64,000 nucleotides of DNA, from the NCBI RefSeq assembly GCF_963506605.1, contig NC_083280.1:81964001-82028000 (forward strand), read 5' to 3'. The position numbers and the translations under genes are program-made. The notes under the pieces were generated by a model. The model was not told where the DNA came from. It ran no database searches and saw nothing but the letters and a program-made list of their open reading frames with translations. The DNA is from Zootoca vivipara (lineage: Eukaryota). The first letter of the stretch is position 1, and every line of letters starts with the position of its first letter. This document shows positions 1 through 12,472 of this stretch, one piece after another.

Positions 1-129
1 CAAAAGACACAAACGCAACATGAACACGTTACCATAACATTTGGCTGCTGTGCCCATTTTTCAACATTATGTCATTTAGGTAGTTGCAACACAAACCTGA
101 TTCCAAGATCAGAAAAATTGCCTTGAGAT

Positions 130-320
130 ATCAGGCCAAGGTCCATCCATTAAGCCCAACATTCTGCCTCTAAGAGGAGCCAAGCAGATGTCTTTAGAAG
201 AGCAGAAGCTGGGCATGGCACCCATAGATCACCTCTCTTTGTTCCCCAGTGCATTGAAATAAGAGGTATAGTGCCCCTGCATCTGGCAGTTCCACCGCAC
301 TAGCATGATTAATTACCATT
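130..320 (-). mobile_element. Degraded CR1-type LINE 3' end
   Basis: Resembles the reverse complement of the CR1 3' UTR seen at 9290-9390; boundaries approximate. Confidence 0.45.
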
Positions 321-391
321 TATTTCACACTGTATGGAGACAGAGACAGATCTGAGCTTGCCACTGAATATAAATTCAACACAGATTACAA

Positions 392-453
392 CTCCCTAAC
401 AAGTATACAGTACTTGTACTCTTAGCTCCCTAACAAGTATACAGTACCTGTAC
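392..453. repeat. Direct repeat, 2 x 28 bp, period 34
   Basis: CTCCCTAACAAGTATACAGTACYTGTAC at 392-419 and 426-453 (1 mismatch). Confidence 0.9.
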
Positions 454-639
454 ATTATGCGGTTACAAAAATATGCTTTTCTCATGTACATTGCTTTAAT
501 GTAAATCGCTAAGCAATGTAATGTGTGAAGAGGTCTCCAGTGCCAAATAGTTTTAAAGAGGTAATTCACAATATACAAATGACAATCAGCCAGCCAGCCA
601 AAATTTGCACTCAACTACCGGTAGTAGCTAGAGGGCAGG

Positions 640-870
640 ATCTGGATGAGAGCTGGAACAGCATAGTGCCATGTGTAGGTTGTAAAGCAGGAAGTGCCTC
701 ATTCAAATCTTACCCCAAGCACAAACTCACTAGGTGGCCTTAGACAAGCCACTGACTCTGAGCCTCCACCTGTCCTCCCTTCAGCCTGCAATATAGGGAC
801 AAATTGGCATGTTTTGCAGGGCTATTGTTCAGATGACAGTGATAATGCAAGTGAAATTCACATTACTATT
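640..870 (+). mobile_element. Old MIR/CORE-like SINE
   Basis: Head-like 5' part, then core-like AACTCACTAGGTGGCCTTAGACAAGCCACT...CTGCAATATAGGGAC. Confidence 0.5.
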
Positions 871-1229
871 ATATGTTGAGCTGAGATTTCAGATCTTTGT
901 GCAATGATGAAACACACTTGGTGGCCTCAGACAAGTCACACTCTCTTCTCATCTTTGCTTTCCTGCCAGGGATGCTGGAAAGATACAAATGGAGTAACAC
1001 CACTTGTGCTATGTTTGACCTCCTTGAAGGAAGAAGGGCAGGGTACAAATTCAGCAACGTGCAAAAAAGGAAACATATTCAGACTAGTATAAGAAATGGA
1101 ACAGGATAGATTTAGACATGAACACATTCGAGAGTGACAAGAGACCAGAAGTAGACTCATCCGTCCATTCCTACATTTAAACAAGGCTCTGTTTTACTCC
1201 AGAATTGTTATCATCCTATATTTATACTA

Positions 1230-1461
1230 CCCTGTTTCTCATATTTTAAGACATACCCATAAAATAAGCCATAGCAGGATTTTTAAGCATTCAAGGAATA
1301 TAAGCCATACCCCGAAAATAAGACATAGTGATAGGCGCAGCAGCAATGCCGGCCACGGCAGGAGGAGGAGGGGAAAAAAACATCCCTTGAAAATAAGCCA
1401 TAGTGTGTTTTTTTGAGGAAAAAATAAATATAAGACATGTCTTATAATATGAGAAACACGG
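1230..1461. mobile_element. Tc1/mariner-superfamily (Tc2/pogo-like) MITE
   Basis: About 25-bp TIRs CC(C/G)TGTTTCTCATATT(T/A)TAAGACAT, TA on both sides (1228-1229, 1462-1463), internal AAAATAAGCCATA repeats. Confidence 0.85.
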
Positions 1462-2049
1462 TATTTGTGAGGGACAACTCCTCTCCACCAACCTCCCAGA
1501 CCATGCCTTTTTCTCTACTGCTTGCAGTGATCATTTTCCCTTTTGCTGCTTCATTGGCACTTAAAAAACAAAACACCTTTCTGGTGTGATTATGGCTGGT
1601 TGCGATTATGGATAGATCTATTTCCAGTCTGAATCACTTTTGCATGTCTTCACTCATAAATTACTTCTATCCTGTTTCAACAATAATCTGAGCTTTTTTA
1701 TTTTAAACAAGCTATATGAAAATCCCTATTTAAATATGTATTTGAACACATTTTATAACCCATGACAATATTTATATACGTACTTATATAATCTAAATAC
1801 ACAATTTTCCAAATGTATTTTATCCTTTAAAATATGGTTTTTTTAATTTTTATTTTTTAGGTGGGAATTGTATCACAAAATCTGGAGATGTGCAAAACCT
1901 GATGGATAATTTTGTTCTGATCCACATGCTAGTTCAGGAGGTGTGGGTAAGGCTGCTTTCCTTCGGAATTAACAGAAGCAGAATTTCTCAAACACCCAAA
2001 CATTCCCAGTTCCCAACCCACCATTTTGCAATGGCACCGCAACAGAGAT

Positions 2050-2530
2050 TCTCTATCCTTGTAGCCAGTCTGATTAATCTTTCATGAGACTGAACAGCAA
2101 GCTCCATAAAAGAAACAAAGCAAATCTTATTCTCATCTTCCTCCTCCCCCCCCCACCTCCTTTTCCCCTACAGGAAAAACTTGACCTTAAAAAGCCTGGC
2201 CTGCTCAGTTATTATACTATTCCTTTGTCTTCCATCTCAAACAGATGAAATCAGATGCAATTCAAGGCTAATTCAATCTCTAATTACCTTAGGATCTTAA
2301 TGGTCCTGATCTTATATGTTAACATTAATTTTATTATGTTAGATACTTCACGGATGTGCCGTTCCTTCCTAATCTGGATCAGCTCTTTGCTGTAATTTTT
2401 AATAAGAGAAAAAGCATCGAGGAGGGGGGCGGGGAAACAGAAGAAGAAAAATGTCACATTAACTCATGACAACTTCTATAGACAGGCCACGGATGAAAAA
2501 TAAGTGGCCCCATTTCTCCACGGAAGGCAG
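2050..2530. promoter_or_regulatory. Candidate conserved non-coding element/enhancer
   Basis: No recognisable repeat; TGATTAAT (PBX-HOX type), many TAAT cores, two CAGATG E-boxes. Conservation not verified. Confidence 0.35.
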
Positions 2531-3389
2531 GCTTGCTGTTCCTTGAACAAAATAATAGAGCAATAACTTAATACAACATTAGCTGTTTGGCTGTATTCCA
2601 ATTTAACACACAAGGAGGAACAAGATAATTAAATAAAACAAACAGTGAGGATTTAAGCCAAGTGTCGCTCTCCCTAATTCCAAAATCAGACTTTGGGGTA
2701 GGAGGAAGAGGTGAACACACACATAAGCACATAGAGAACAAAACATTCATTATCTTGACACAAGAGATATCCTTTTCATTCTGAATTTTGAAAGAAACTT
2801 GCAAACTTTCTTTCCCCAGAAAAATAACAAATGAAGAAATTGCAAAATATATGCAAACTAAGGAAGATTTTGATGAATTTGTGTACATTTTAGACCCTTT
2901 GCTCTGCAGATTTTTCACTGATTGGAAAAGTAAGGTTCCCTCACATTTCCAGGACTTCTGGTAATTAAGAGAGGGAAGGCACACTCAATCCCACTCTTAT
3001 TTCCAAGTCCTGCATTTTGAGGTTTCATAATGTAGTAGCTTTATTATTTATTACATTTTTGCTATGCTCTTCCTCCAAGGAGTTCTGGACAAGGTAGACT
3101 CATTTTATCCTTTAAATAACTGCTGTTTCCATTTTGGCAAAGAAGCATGGACCCCACTGCAACTTGTTTTAACTTGAAAAGCTTGTCGCTGTTAACTTCC
3201 AGAGGAAGATATGTAGCCCTTTCAAACACAGGGGTAGAGTGTATATACAGTAGAGAACCATTCCCTATGGAACCTATCAATGTAATGTCAGAAATTTAGA
3301 TCATAGAGTCATGGAAATCTATGGATACCAGGTTGGCGATATCTCCATCTGGTTGGTCCCTCCAGCTTTCTTAAGCAGGCAAGCAGAAA

Positions 3390-3592
3390 AACTTATTTAT
3401 TGCTTTTATATCCCACCTTTTTCTCTAAGGAGTAGATGGTTCAACACACACCCCCTCAGTTAACCTGTGAGGTAGGCTACAAGGCTGTGACCGGCCCAAG
3501 GTCACCCAGTGAGCTTTGTGACTGTGTGGGGATTTCAATCCTGATCTCCCAGATCCTAGATCGACACCCTAACCACTACACCATACTGGCTT
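3390..3592 (-). mobile_element. MIR/CORE-derived squamate SINE
   Basis: CCTGTGAGGTAGG...GGCCCAAGGTCACCCAGTGAG...CTAACCACTACACCATACTGG: reverse-oriented head plus core, with TTTATT tail. Confidence 0.75.
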
Positions 3593-3643
3593 CCTAGAGT
3601 ACTTCTACTATGGGGCATAGATTTAGTAGGCAAATAAATATGA

Positions 3644-3791
3644 GGGAAGCAAAATGTCACTTAGAGAAAGATCTGGAAAAAAATTCCTTGAAGCTTGAAT
3701 TTGTTTTATTCTGGATTGTTTTATTGGATGTTTTAATGTACTGTAAACTGTTTCGAGATTTTTTCTGTCAATTATAAAGCAGAATAGAAAT
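3644..3791 (+). repeat. Dispersed repeat copy 1 (LINE 3'-end-like), interrupted by Bov-B
   Basis: Aligns by eye to 17998-18146; similarity resumes after Bov-B at about 5195-5262. Confidence 0.8.
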
Positions 3792-5194
3792 TTAAAAAGA
3801 TGATGCTGTTAAGGTGCTACATTCAATATGCCATCAAGTTTGGAAAACTCAGCAGTGGCCAGAGGATTGGAGAAGATCAGTCTACATCGCAACCCCAAAG
3901 AAGGGCAGTGCCAAAGAATGTTCCAACTACCGCACAATTGCGCTCATTTCACTCGCTAGCAAGGTTATGCTTAAAATTCTACAAGGCAGGCTTAAGCAGT
4001 ATGTGAACTCCCAGAAGTGCAAACTGGATTTTGAAGGGGCAGAGGAACCAGAGACCAAATTGCAAACATGCACTGGATTATGGAGAAAGCTAGAGAGTTC
4101 CAGAAAAACATCTACTTCTGCTTCATTGACTACGCAAAAGCATTTGACTGTGTCGACCACAGCAGACTATGGCAAGTTCTTAAAGAAATGGAGTGCCTCG
4201 TCTGTCTCCTGAGAAATCTCTATGTGGGACAAGAAGCTACAGTTAGAACTGGATATGGAATAACTGATTGGTTCAAAATTGGAAAAGGAGCACGACATGG
4301 CTGGACATTGTCTCCCTGCTTATTTAACTTATATGCAGAATTCATCATGCGAAAGGCTGGACTGGATGAATCCCAAACTGGAATTAAGATTGCCGGAAGA
4401 AATATCAACAACCTCAGATATGCTGATGACACAACCTTGATGGCAGAAAGTGAGGAGGAATTAAAGAACCTTTTAATGAGGGTGAAAGAGGAGAGTGCAA
4501 AATATGGTCTGAAGCTCAACATCAAAAAAACTAAGATCATGGCCACTGGTCCCATCACCTCCTGGCAAATAGAAGGGGAAGAAATGGAGGCAGTGAGAGA
4601 TTTTACTTTCTTGGGTTCCATGATCACTGCAGATGGTAACAGCAGTCACGAAATTAAAAGACGCCTGCTTCTTGGGAGAAAAGCAGTGACAAAACTAGAC
4701 AGCATCTTAAAAAGCAGAGACATCACCTTGCTGACAAAGGTCCATATAGTTAAAGCTATGGTTTTCCCAGTAGTGATGTATGGAAATGAGAGCTGGAACA
4801 CAAAGAAGGCTGATCGCCAAAGAATTGATGCTTTTGAATTATGGTGCTGGAGGAGACTCTTGAGAGTCCCATGGACTGCAAGAAGATCAAACCTCTCCAG
4901 TCTTAAGGAAATCAGCCCCGAGTGCTCACTGGAAGGACAGTTTGTGAAGCTGAGGCTCCAATACTTTGGCTACCTCATGAGAAAAGAAGACCCCCTGGAA
5001 AAGACCCTGATGTTGGGAAAGATTGAGGGCACAAAGAGAAGGGGACGACAGAGGACGAGATGGTTGGACAGTGTTCTCGAAGCTACCCACATGAATCTGA
5101 CCAAACTGCGGGAGGCAGTGAAAGACAGGAGTGCTTGGCGTGCTCTGGTCCATGGGGTCACAAAGAGTTGGACAAGACTAAACAACTAAACAAC
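3792..5194 (+). mobile_element. Bov-B (RTE clade) LINE, 5'-truncated
   Basis: RT translation typical of Bov-B (WKTQQWPEDW, CSNYRTIALISLASKVMLKILQ, FIDYAKAFDCVDH, NLRYADD); (CAA)n tail; 9-bp TSD AATAGAAAT at 3783-3791 and 5195-5203. Confidence 0.95.
4068..5189 (+). pseudogene. Bov-B reverse transcriptase C-terminal ORF remnant (373 aa)
   Basis: YADD motif; upstream part is in another frame (ORF 3814-4212) and the endonuclease is missing, so not a functional CDS. Confidence 0.9.
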
Positions 5195-5659
5195 AATAGA
5201 AATGAAATGATTGATAATGTTGATGACGATGATGATAAATTCAACTGCAAAAAGGCACCTAGACATTCTGTTGTGGCAGCCATAACCTAGGTTTAAGGTG
5301 CAATTTGGTGATTATCTTGCATATCTGATTTTCTAACATTGGTGTTAGGGCAGAGGGCATGAATGCCAAAACTAGCAGAGCCAGAGCCACTGTTAAGCAG
5401 AGACAACTAATTATGGTTTTGCTCCCATCCTCCTCGCTGAATTCTATAAAGGCGACACCAAAGAGGAGGAAGCTGACAGCCAGTGTCGCCCTTTGGATGG
5501 ATAGGTTGTAACTCAGGAGGCAGGTGGGTGAAGACTGGCTGATGGCAGTGCCTGGTTTGACCCAAATTCAGATTCAAATGTATACGACAACAAATCTGAC
5601 CACAAAAAGGTTTAAAATAATTGGGTTTTCCCTGTTAGCAATGGTTCTTCAACTCAGCA

Positions 5660-6060
5660 AGTAGGAGTCAATAGTCAACTTTTTCCCTGGAAGCCAAAAG
5701 GTGTTATGTTTGGGAGCTGGAACCGATCAGTGGAAATATATTTATTCAGCCACAATGTAATCGACCAGTTATACAAACCCACGGCATGGTTTGGCACAGC
5801 TGGCAGACACAATGCAGAAAGGAGCCAGAAACATAACAACATGGATATTACGAGCCAAAAGAAGAAGAGGGGGAAGCATTGGCCGAATACTTGAGGAAAC
5901 TTGCCCAGCATCTGCCTTGGCTTAAGGCAGTGCTATTAGCTCCTCATTTTGGTGAGAATTAAAGTCACTCTAAATGGGTGGCAGTTGGATCAAGCAATTA
6001 TTGGCTGGGGCTAAAGAGGCAATCAGTGCTCATTGCTTTCCAGGCTCCTTCACCCTATGA
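5660..6060. promoter_or_regulatory. Candidate conserved non-coding element
   Basis: Repeat-free, retains CpGs, NFI half-sites (TTGGC/GCCAA), CAGCTG E-box, CAATTA. Not verified. Confidence 0.3.
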
Positions 6061-6314
6061 CTCATCTCTCAAAATATATGGAATATCCATGAAGCTTGAG
6101 GAAATAGGAGTGGGGAGAAGTGTGAGGTTTCCTACCGCAGGAGAACCATTCTTTTAGAAACAAATCAGACTTTTAAAACTCGACCACCAGACTTGTAATG
6201 CAAATCTGCTCTGCAATGCGCCCTTAGCAAAAATCAGCCCTGCTATATTCTCCTACAGACTGGGAGCAAAAATATAAAAATATTTTATCTCACTGCTAGA
6301 ACACAGTTCGTTAC

Positions 6315-6359
6315 CTAGAAATTCATGTTTAGAACCCACAATTTTCCTATTCTGATCAT
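6315..6359 (-). other. Candidate 45-nt exon
   Basis: Minus strand TTTTTATTTGCAG| ... CTAG|GTAACG; open in phase 1 (DQNRKIVGSKHEFL). Confidence 0.25.
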
Positions 6360-7384
6360 CTGCAAATAAAAATGTCCATGACTACCCATTATACAAGCAT
6401 GTGTCAAAAACTTGTATTCCGTGCTTTTATTCTGGAAAAAAAGGTGGGGGAAACTCACAACAAAGTTTGCTTGTTTGTTTATTGCGGGACCAGTCACAGT
6501 GCGACGCACACACCCTCGACAGTGTCGAAATGTAAAATGTGATTAATAAACTCAAGCAGACAGCGATCTGGATTAGAAATGGCCAGAACTTCATTGTTTA
6601 CAGATAGAGGTGTATTTTTGCCTCAGGCATTGGGTGTATATCAGTTTGAACACCCTCAGACAAAAAAAATTTTTTTTTACATTTTTTTAAAAGGTAAGGG
6701 AACTCAGTTCCCCCAGAGTTCTTGCCCAAAAAAGCTGCTTCTTTTATTTCAACACAATGGAAGCACCAATGGCTCACCTCACTCCACTCAGCTCTACTAC
6801 TCTGAGCCTCCTGGATATCTCCTGTTCACTCAGAAGCTTCATTCCCATTCTCCCTTGCTCTCCCTCCCCCCCCCCCTTGTGCTTGAAACTTCATGCTTCA
6901 AATGCCACCTCTCCCCATCTTCCATCAAATCCCTGAAATTTATAAATAAATGTTTGTGTTCATCTCTTGCTACCCCCTTTATATGCCTCTCTTCCCTCTG
7001 TCCACCATCACAGTCCTCTTTTTTCCCCCCTCAGACAGGGGGGAGCTCCCTTGCCATGTTTTGCTTCTGATATGCTGTAAAATGCACCATGTATATGCCC
7101 TTCACGCATAAAATGATATTTTTAAATATATATATACTATTGGATTTAAGGAATCCTCATGAATGCCAACATTTGTTAGGTGCAAAATTCAGCTCTGCAA
7201 CCGTCCTTTAGCAGAAAACACAAAAAATATAGAAGAGTTGAGCATTTGTGCCCCACTCGCCCAACTTTGTAACTCAAATCCACTTTAGCGTTCTGTTTCT
7301 CCCACTTGCAAAAACACACACACACTTTCTGAACTGTAGCTTGAGGAATGCATTTCTTTTATCTCAAACTCATCACTTCCAAAG

Positions 7385-7625
7385 TCTTTAAATGACAGTT
7401 TGCTTCACGTTTGTACAGTCAACTAAGGGGGCTGTCAAGTTTGATGACATATTAGTTTGTCGCTTCTAACAGACATAGCTGTATGAACAGATTAGGCGAG
7501 ACTACATAATTTAATAAAAGTTATCACCTATTCTTCCTGACACCGACAGATATTCCTCATCAGATCTTCCTGTCTATAGTAGAGACAGTCAGTGACAGAT
7601 AGGGAGTCCATTTAATTCCAGCTCA
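7385..7625. promoter_or_regulatory. Candidate TALE (MEIS/PBX)-motif enhancer
   Basis: TGACAG/CTGTCA at about 7393, 7432 and 7593 plus near-matches, and TTTAATAAAA, in a repeat-free block. Confidence 0.4.
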
Positions 7626-8736
7626 AACACATTTCCCCAGTAAATACATTAGAAGGACATTCAGAGACCTTTTCAACTTTGTACAGGATGAGAATTTAAG
7701 TGCACTCAAGGTATTTGGTAGTTCAGCTACAGACAACTCATATCCAGCAGATTCAAATAATTAGTATACCAACTTTACAGGGTCACCTGAACAGTCTGGT
7801 AGACCTTCCTGCACCGTTAAGCATACCAATAGTCTAGGATGGATGAGGCAACTGCTGCAAAATAGCTAGAAGGCATCTGATGCAGTTCTACCTTTGAAGC
7901 TAACCAAATGTGGGAATCCTACAAAGCTACAATCTCTTAGGGTAAAGGGCATGGTAGCAACAATACACAACAGGAGTTCACCAATGATAATTTGTTGTTG
8001 TCATCGGGATCTTCTGTAGCACCCAGTCCCCCTTGACACATCTCTCAGCTGCCCATCTGTAATATGGGGATGAGAATAAATATTCACCTACCTTCCAGGA
8101 CAGGTGGTCCAAACACCCAGAGAAACGGTTATATAAAAGCTAAGACTTGTGACAATACTAGCAGAGCCACGTGAGGTGGGGGGGGAAGCCAGCGAAAGCC
8201 ATAAGCCAAGCACTTAGCATGGCATTCTTTTATTTGCGCTATCATTTTCTTCCACGTACACACAGTTGCTGATTCTACAGTTCCAAAGGAAAACGAGAAC
8301 AGATGAGAGGTGAATGATTTATTTTAGGACTGCAGAAGGAGCCAAAATTAATTTGCTTAAGACTAATTAGGGAACAGAATTAGCCTGTTCTCTTTTCTAC
8401 TGAATCTAAAGTTTTCAGCGGGGGAATCTTATTTATTTATTTATTGCACGGCTAAATTTCTTGGATAATGGTGGCACTCTCCCCTTCTGCCTTCTTGTTA
8501 CATATTTGCCAGTTATTTTTTATAATGCAGATCAACTATGGCTTTCCATTTTTGAAGATGCTTGAGCATGAAAAACATATTAAACATGAATGAAAAATAT
8601 GTATGATTTTCATCTTCAACATTCAAAACAAGAAATCATCCAGAGATAGTTAACTGTGTGTCATAACTGATGGCACAGATGTATTTAAATTCTTAGCTAA
8701 TATCTAGACTTCAGCTTATATAGCTCAATTTAGATG

Positions 8737-9385
8737 TTGACCCAGTGTGTGGCAGCTGTGAAGAAGGCAAATTCCATGCTTGAGACCATTAGGAAAGGAA
8801 TTGAAAATAAAACTGCCAGCATCATAATGTCATTATACAAATCTATGGTGTGACCACATGTGGAATACTATGGAATACTATGTACAGTTCTTATTGCCTC
8901 ACTTCAAAAAAAGATATTATAGGAGTTAGGGGGGGGAATCAAAAAAGGGCAACCAAAATGATAAAGGGGATGGAGTGGCTCCACTGAGAAGAAAACTTGC
9001 AACATTTGGGACTTTTTAGAGAAATTGTGAGTAAGAGGTGACATGTTAGAAGTTTATAAAATTATGCATGGCATAGGAATAGTGGACAAAGAAAAGATTT
9101 TCTCCCTCTCTCATAACAGTAGAACTCATGGACACCATATGAAGCTGAGAGTTGGAAGGAAGATTCAGGATGGATAAAAGAAAGTACTTCTTCACACAAC
9201 ACATAGTTGAACTATGGAACTCACTCCCACAAGAGGCAGTGATGGCCACCAACCTAACTAGATTCAAAAGAGAACTAGACAATTCACAGAGCAGACGGCT
9301 ATCAATGGCTACTAGCCATGATGGTCATGCTCTGCCTCCACAGTTGGGAGGCAGCAACGCTTCTGGATACAAGTCACTGGAAACC
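8737..9385 (+). mobile_element. CR1 LINE 3' fragment
   Basis: CR1 ORF2 C-terminus (GRFRMDKRKYFFTQHIVELWNSLPQEAVMA) followed by 3' UTR. Confidence 0.9.
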
Positions 9386-9671
9386 ACAAATACTTAGCCC
9401 AAAAAAATTTCACCACTATTTCAAGAACAAGCATGAGTATTGGTGGAAATACAAGCACAACTCTGTAATAAACTATCACTATTCTTCAGGCACACCACAA
9501 TTTTGAACTGGTTCCCACTTGGACAAAGTATACCAGAAGGGAAAGAGTAGTGTTGTTTACTTATTTGCCTTGAAGGGCAGTATTTACACAGCACTGTTGA
9601 TCTGTGAATGGGAGGGAAGTTAAGACATACTCAAAGTTGCATCACCTTGTGATAAATAATGATTGCAGAGC

Positions 9672-9672
<1 letters not shown>

Positions 9673-9741
<69 letters not shown>
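9673..9741. repeat. (AG)n microsatellite
   Basis: Perfect AG run. Confidence 0.98.
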
Positions 9742-9744
<3 letters not shown>

Positions 9745-11739
9745 CCAGAAGACTACAGAATTCAGCTGGTAGCTCTGAAGCAATAAACTTGAAGCAACTT
9801 CTGCTCCCCCTTATTGTGGCTGTTGCCCTTAGCACTCAGTAACTCTGTTTCTTATTGAAAAATTGAGGAGGCAACAACCTAGTTTTTCAAAATGAACATG
9901 TGACTAAGCAGCCAGGATGCTAACCATATTGAAGGGTATGGAAAGTTCAGTCAGTTTGACCTTCTACCATGTGCAAAGAGAGAGAGCATATATATGCACA
10001 GCTCTCCACTGATGTCATATGTTATACTGCTCACTGACATTGAAAAACCTGGTCCCTAAAAAAAAGAGAGCTCAGCTTAGGAACTTATTTCTAGTTTTGC
10101 AGCCATCACTTTTTAGTGGCAACTGATCGCACCAATCAATCAACTGGGTTTGCTTGGCAGCTTGGGCAAATATTCTGTGAAACCTTCAGTAGGTTGTCCT
10201 CCAAACCATCAAGTATCTTCATCTCAAACTTTTGCAAGCTGATTGGGTTTTTTTAATTGTTAAAGCACTTCCTAGCAAAGTGGACAATTCTCAACCCATT
10301 TCAATCTAGACTGGAAGTGCCCAATACAAGCAAATCTTGACAAGAAACGGGAGTAGAGGCTTCAGGAGGAAGCAGAAAACCAAGGTGTAAGAAGTCATGC
10401 AGTTGGCAGAAGCCAATGCTACCACCAAATCCATTGCATTTTCTGCTCCAAGGAGGGGCTTCCATATTTTCCGGCAATGGACTCTGCAAAGCTTTCAGGG
10501 AAAGGATTGGAGTCCCCTAGAAAACAGTTACTTTTGGAATCAGCTCGCTTGTCTCTGTTCTTTACTACTCTGACATATTATTACTTTTAATGCTCTTCTA
10601 TAATGGGTTAATTAACATTTTTTAAAGTAGGGGTTACTTGTCAAATGCCTTATTTGCTATTAAATTATAGAACCAATGGACAGAACAACAGCTCAAAAAT
10701 GACTAGACCAGGGCAGTCCCCCAGACCATAGCTACTGTACCTGGCTATATATTCCATCCAGCCTGTAAATGAGCTGTGTTCCAACACAACCTGCCTTATC
10801 AGTATTTGCTCTTAGCAAACCGGCTCTATTTATTTTTCCTTAAACCTCCAGATAGTTGTCCCACTTTCCATCCATTTATGCCCTCCTGACCTAACCTTGC
10901 AAAAAAGGCTGTCATTTGATCTTTACAATAACTAACAAGCAAGTGCTAAACTTGACCACAGGTAACATATATTCCCCGTCGGATTTCACCTGGTGGTACT
11001 TATGTTCTTCTGTGACACAGTCGCATCTAAACTGGGTTGGGTGGTGCACACTTGGATGGGACCCTCCATTGTATCACTAACATGGCTATTAATGCTGTGC
11101 AATTGCATTCTGAGGCACACTCTTTTGCTGCAATGGTAGAATTTGACTGGCACCCAAAATTTGCCAGTTTACTCTGGTATTTGTTATGGCCTCCTCATTG
11201 AGTTCACCCTTCATCCTGGCCAACTCCACAGAAAGCTGCCATACCATAAGCTGACTTCTTGGTGGAAAATAGTAAATTTTATAAATGAAATACCTTTCTG
11301 TCTTTCCACAGATGCTAAAAACTAAATACGAAAAGGAATAGTCAATTTGGATGAAGAAAAAATAATTTTACTAAAAATAGAAACCAACAAAACTAAACTT
11401 GATGATGATGATGATAAAGCTGAAAAGAAGTTAAGCAAAACAATGTAAAAAAGCAACCAATTAAATGGTTTTAGAAAACAAGTTTGCACCATCTAGTGAA
11501 AGATAAGCAATTATGAGACCTACTTATCTTTTTTACTGAGGCAGCTCTACAAAGCAGAATATTCTCCCCTGTACACTGATATTAAAAACTATACTGCAAA
11601 TAATCAGTGATGTCAGTTTTTTTGGGGGGGGGAATAATTGCAAAACTTATTGTGCAGATTACAGTACTTTGCATCAGAAAAACTCCACATTGCATTGGAA
11701 AATTTTCTGGTGTGCGGGGCTAGCCAATGTGGGCAGCAC

Positions 11740-11892
11740 ATCCAACAGGTAGATCGTCTGTGGTAGATCCCTGGTAGATCACAGGCTCCCCCCAAAGAAG
11801 CTCAAGAACTTTGGCTCCCCTGAAATAAGCTGAATCTTTTTGCCCTGCACCCCCCAAAATTGGGGCTTTTCTCCTCCCTAAAGAAAGCTCAA
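11740..11892. mobile_element. DNA-transposon fragment (probably hAT)
   Basis: Reiterated GGTAGATC and AAAGAAGCTCAA motifs. Confidence 0.4.
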
Positions 11893-12419
11893 TTATAAGG
11901 TCTAAGATATAAAATAAATGTTCATAAATGTACCAGGCAAACACATACATGTACATACCGGTAAGTATATAAACTATGTGTCTGAAATAGTACAGGAGAA
12001 CAGTCTGTAGGAATTAAGTATTTATCATCACAAAAGAATGGCCAGGCTCTCCAGGTAAACCCATTAACAGCCAGGTAAACCTATCAGCGGGTTTCCTGCC
12101 AGACCACCTCCTCTGTTGTAGACCGCCCCTTCTGTCATGTATGTATGATGTATTGAGGGGTGGTCTTGAGCTACACTACAGGGTCTATATAAGGGCTTGC
12201 ACACCAATGGGTTCCTCCTCCCTCCTGTGTGTGTGGGGGGGGGGTGAGCACCCTGTTGCAACAGTTTAATAAAGATCAGGCTTACTAGCTGCTTTGCTTC
12301 TCAATATTCTCTGGTTGGCCTCTGTTATTTTCTCCTACCAATAGGGAACCTACAGAACAACTCTATACAGGCTCTTGAGTACCCCATAAAGGGAAAATGA
12401 GCAGTATTTTCTTATAACA
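11893..12419 (+). mobile_element. Solo LTR (probably Gypsy-type)
   Basis: Ends TTATAAG...CTTATAACA (terminal IR, 5' TG lost); TATA box CTATATAAG at about 12186; AATAAA at about 12268; U5-like tract. No TSD. Confidence 0.65.
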
Positions 12420-12472
12420 AACCCAAGATACTGAGATTAACAGTCTCATGCTCTACCGACTGTGCTCTCCCG
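12420..12472 (-). mobile_element. tRNA-Lys-derived SINE head fragment
   Basis: Reverse complement AGCACAGTCGGTAGAGCATGAGACTGTTAATCTCAG matches vertebrate tRNA-Lys(CTT) D and anticodon arms with mutations. Confidence 0.7.

Noticed and set aside
11025-11070. 5S rRNA-like stretch (ACTTGGATGGGA)
   Set aside because: Too short and diverged; at most a 5S-derived SINE relic.
12420-12472. tRNA-Lys gene or LTR primer-binding site
   Set aside because: Truncated, anticodon region mutated, and lacks the TGG complement of the tRNA 3' end; better explained as a SINE head.
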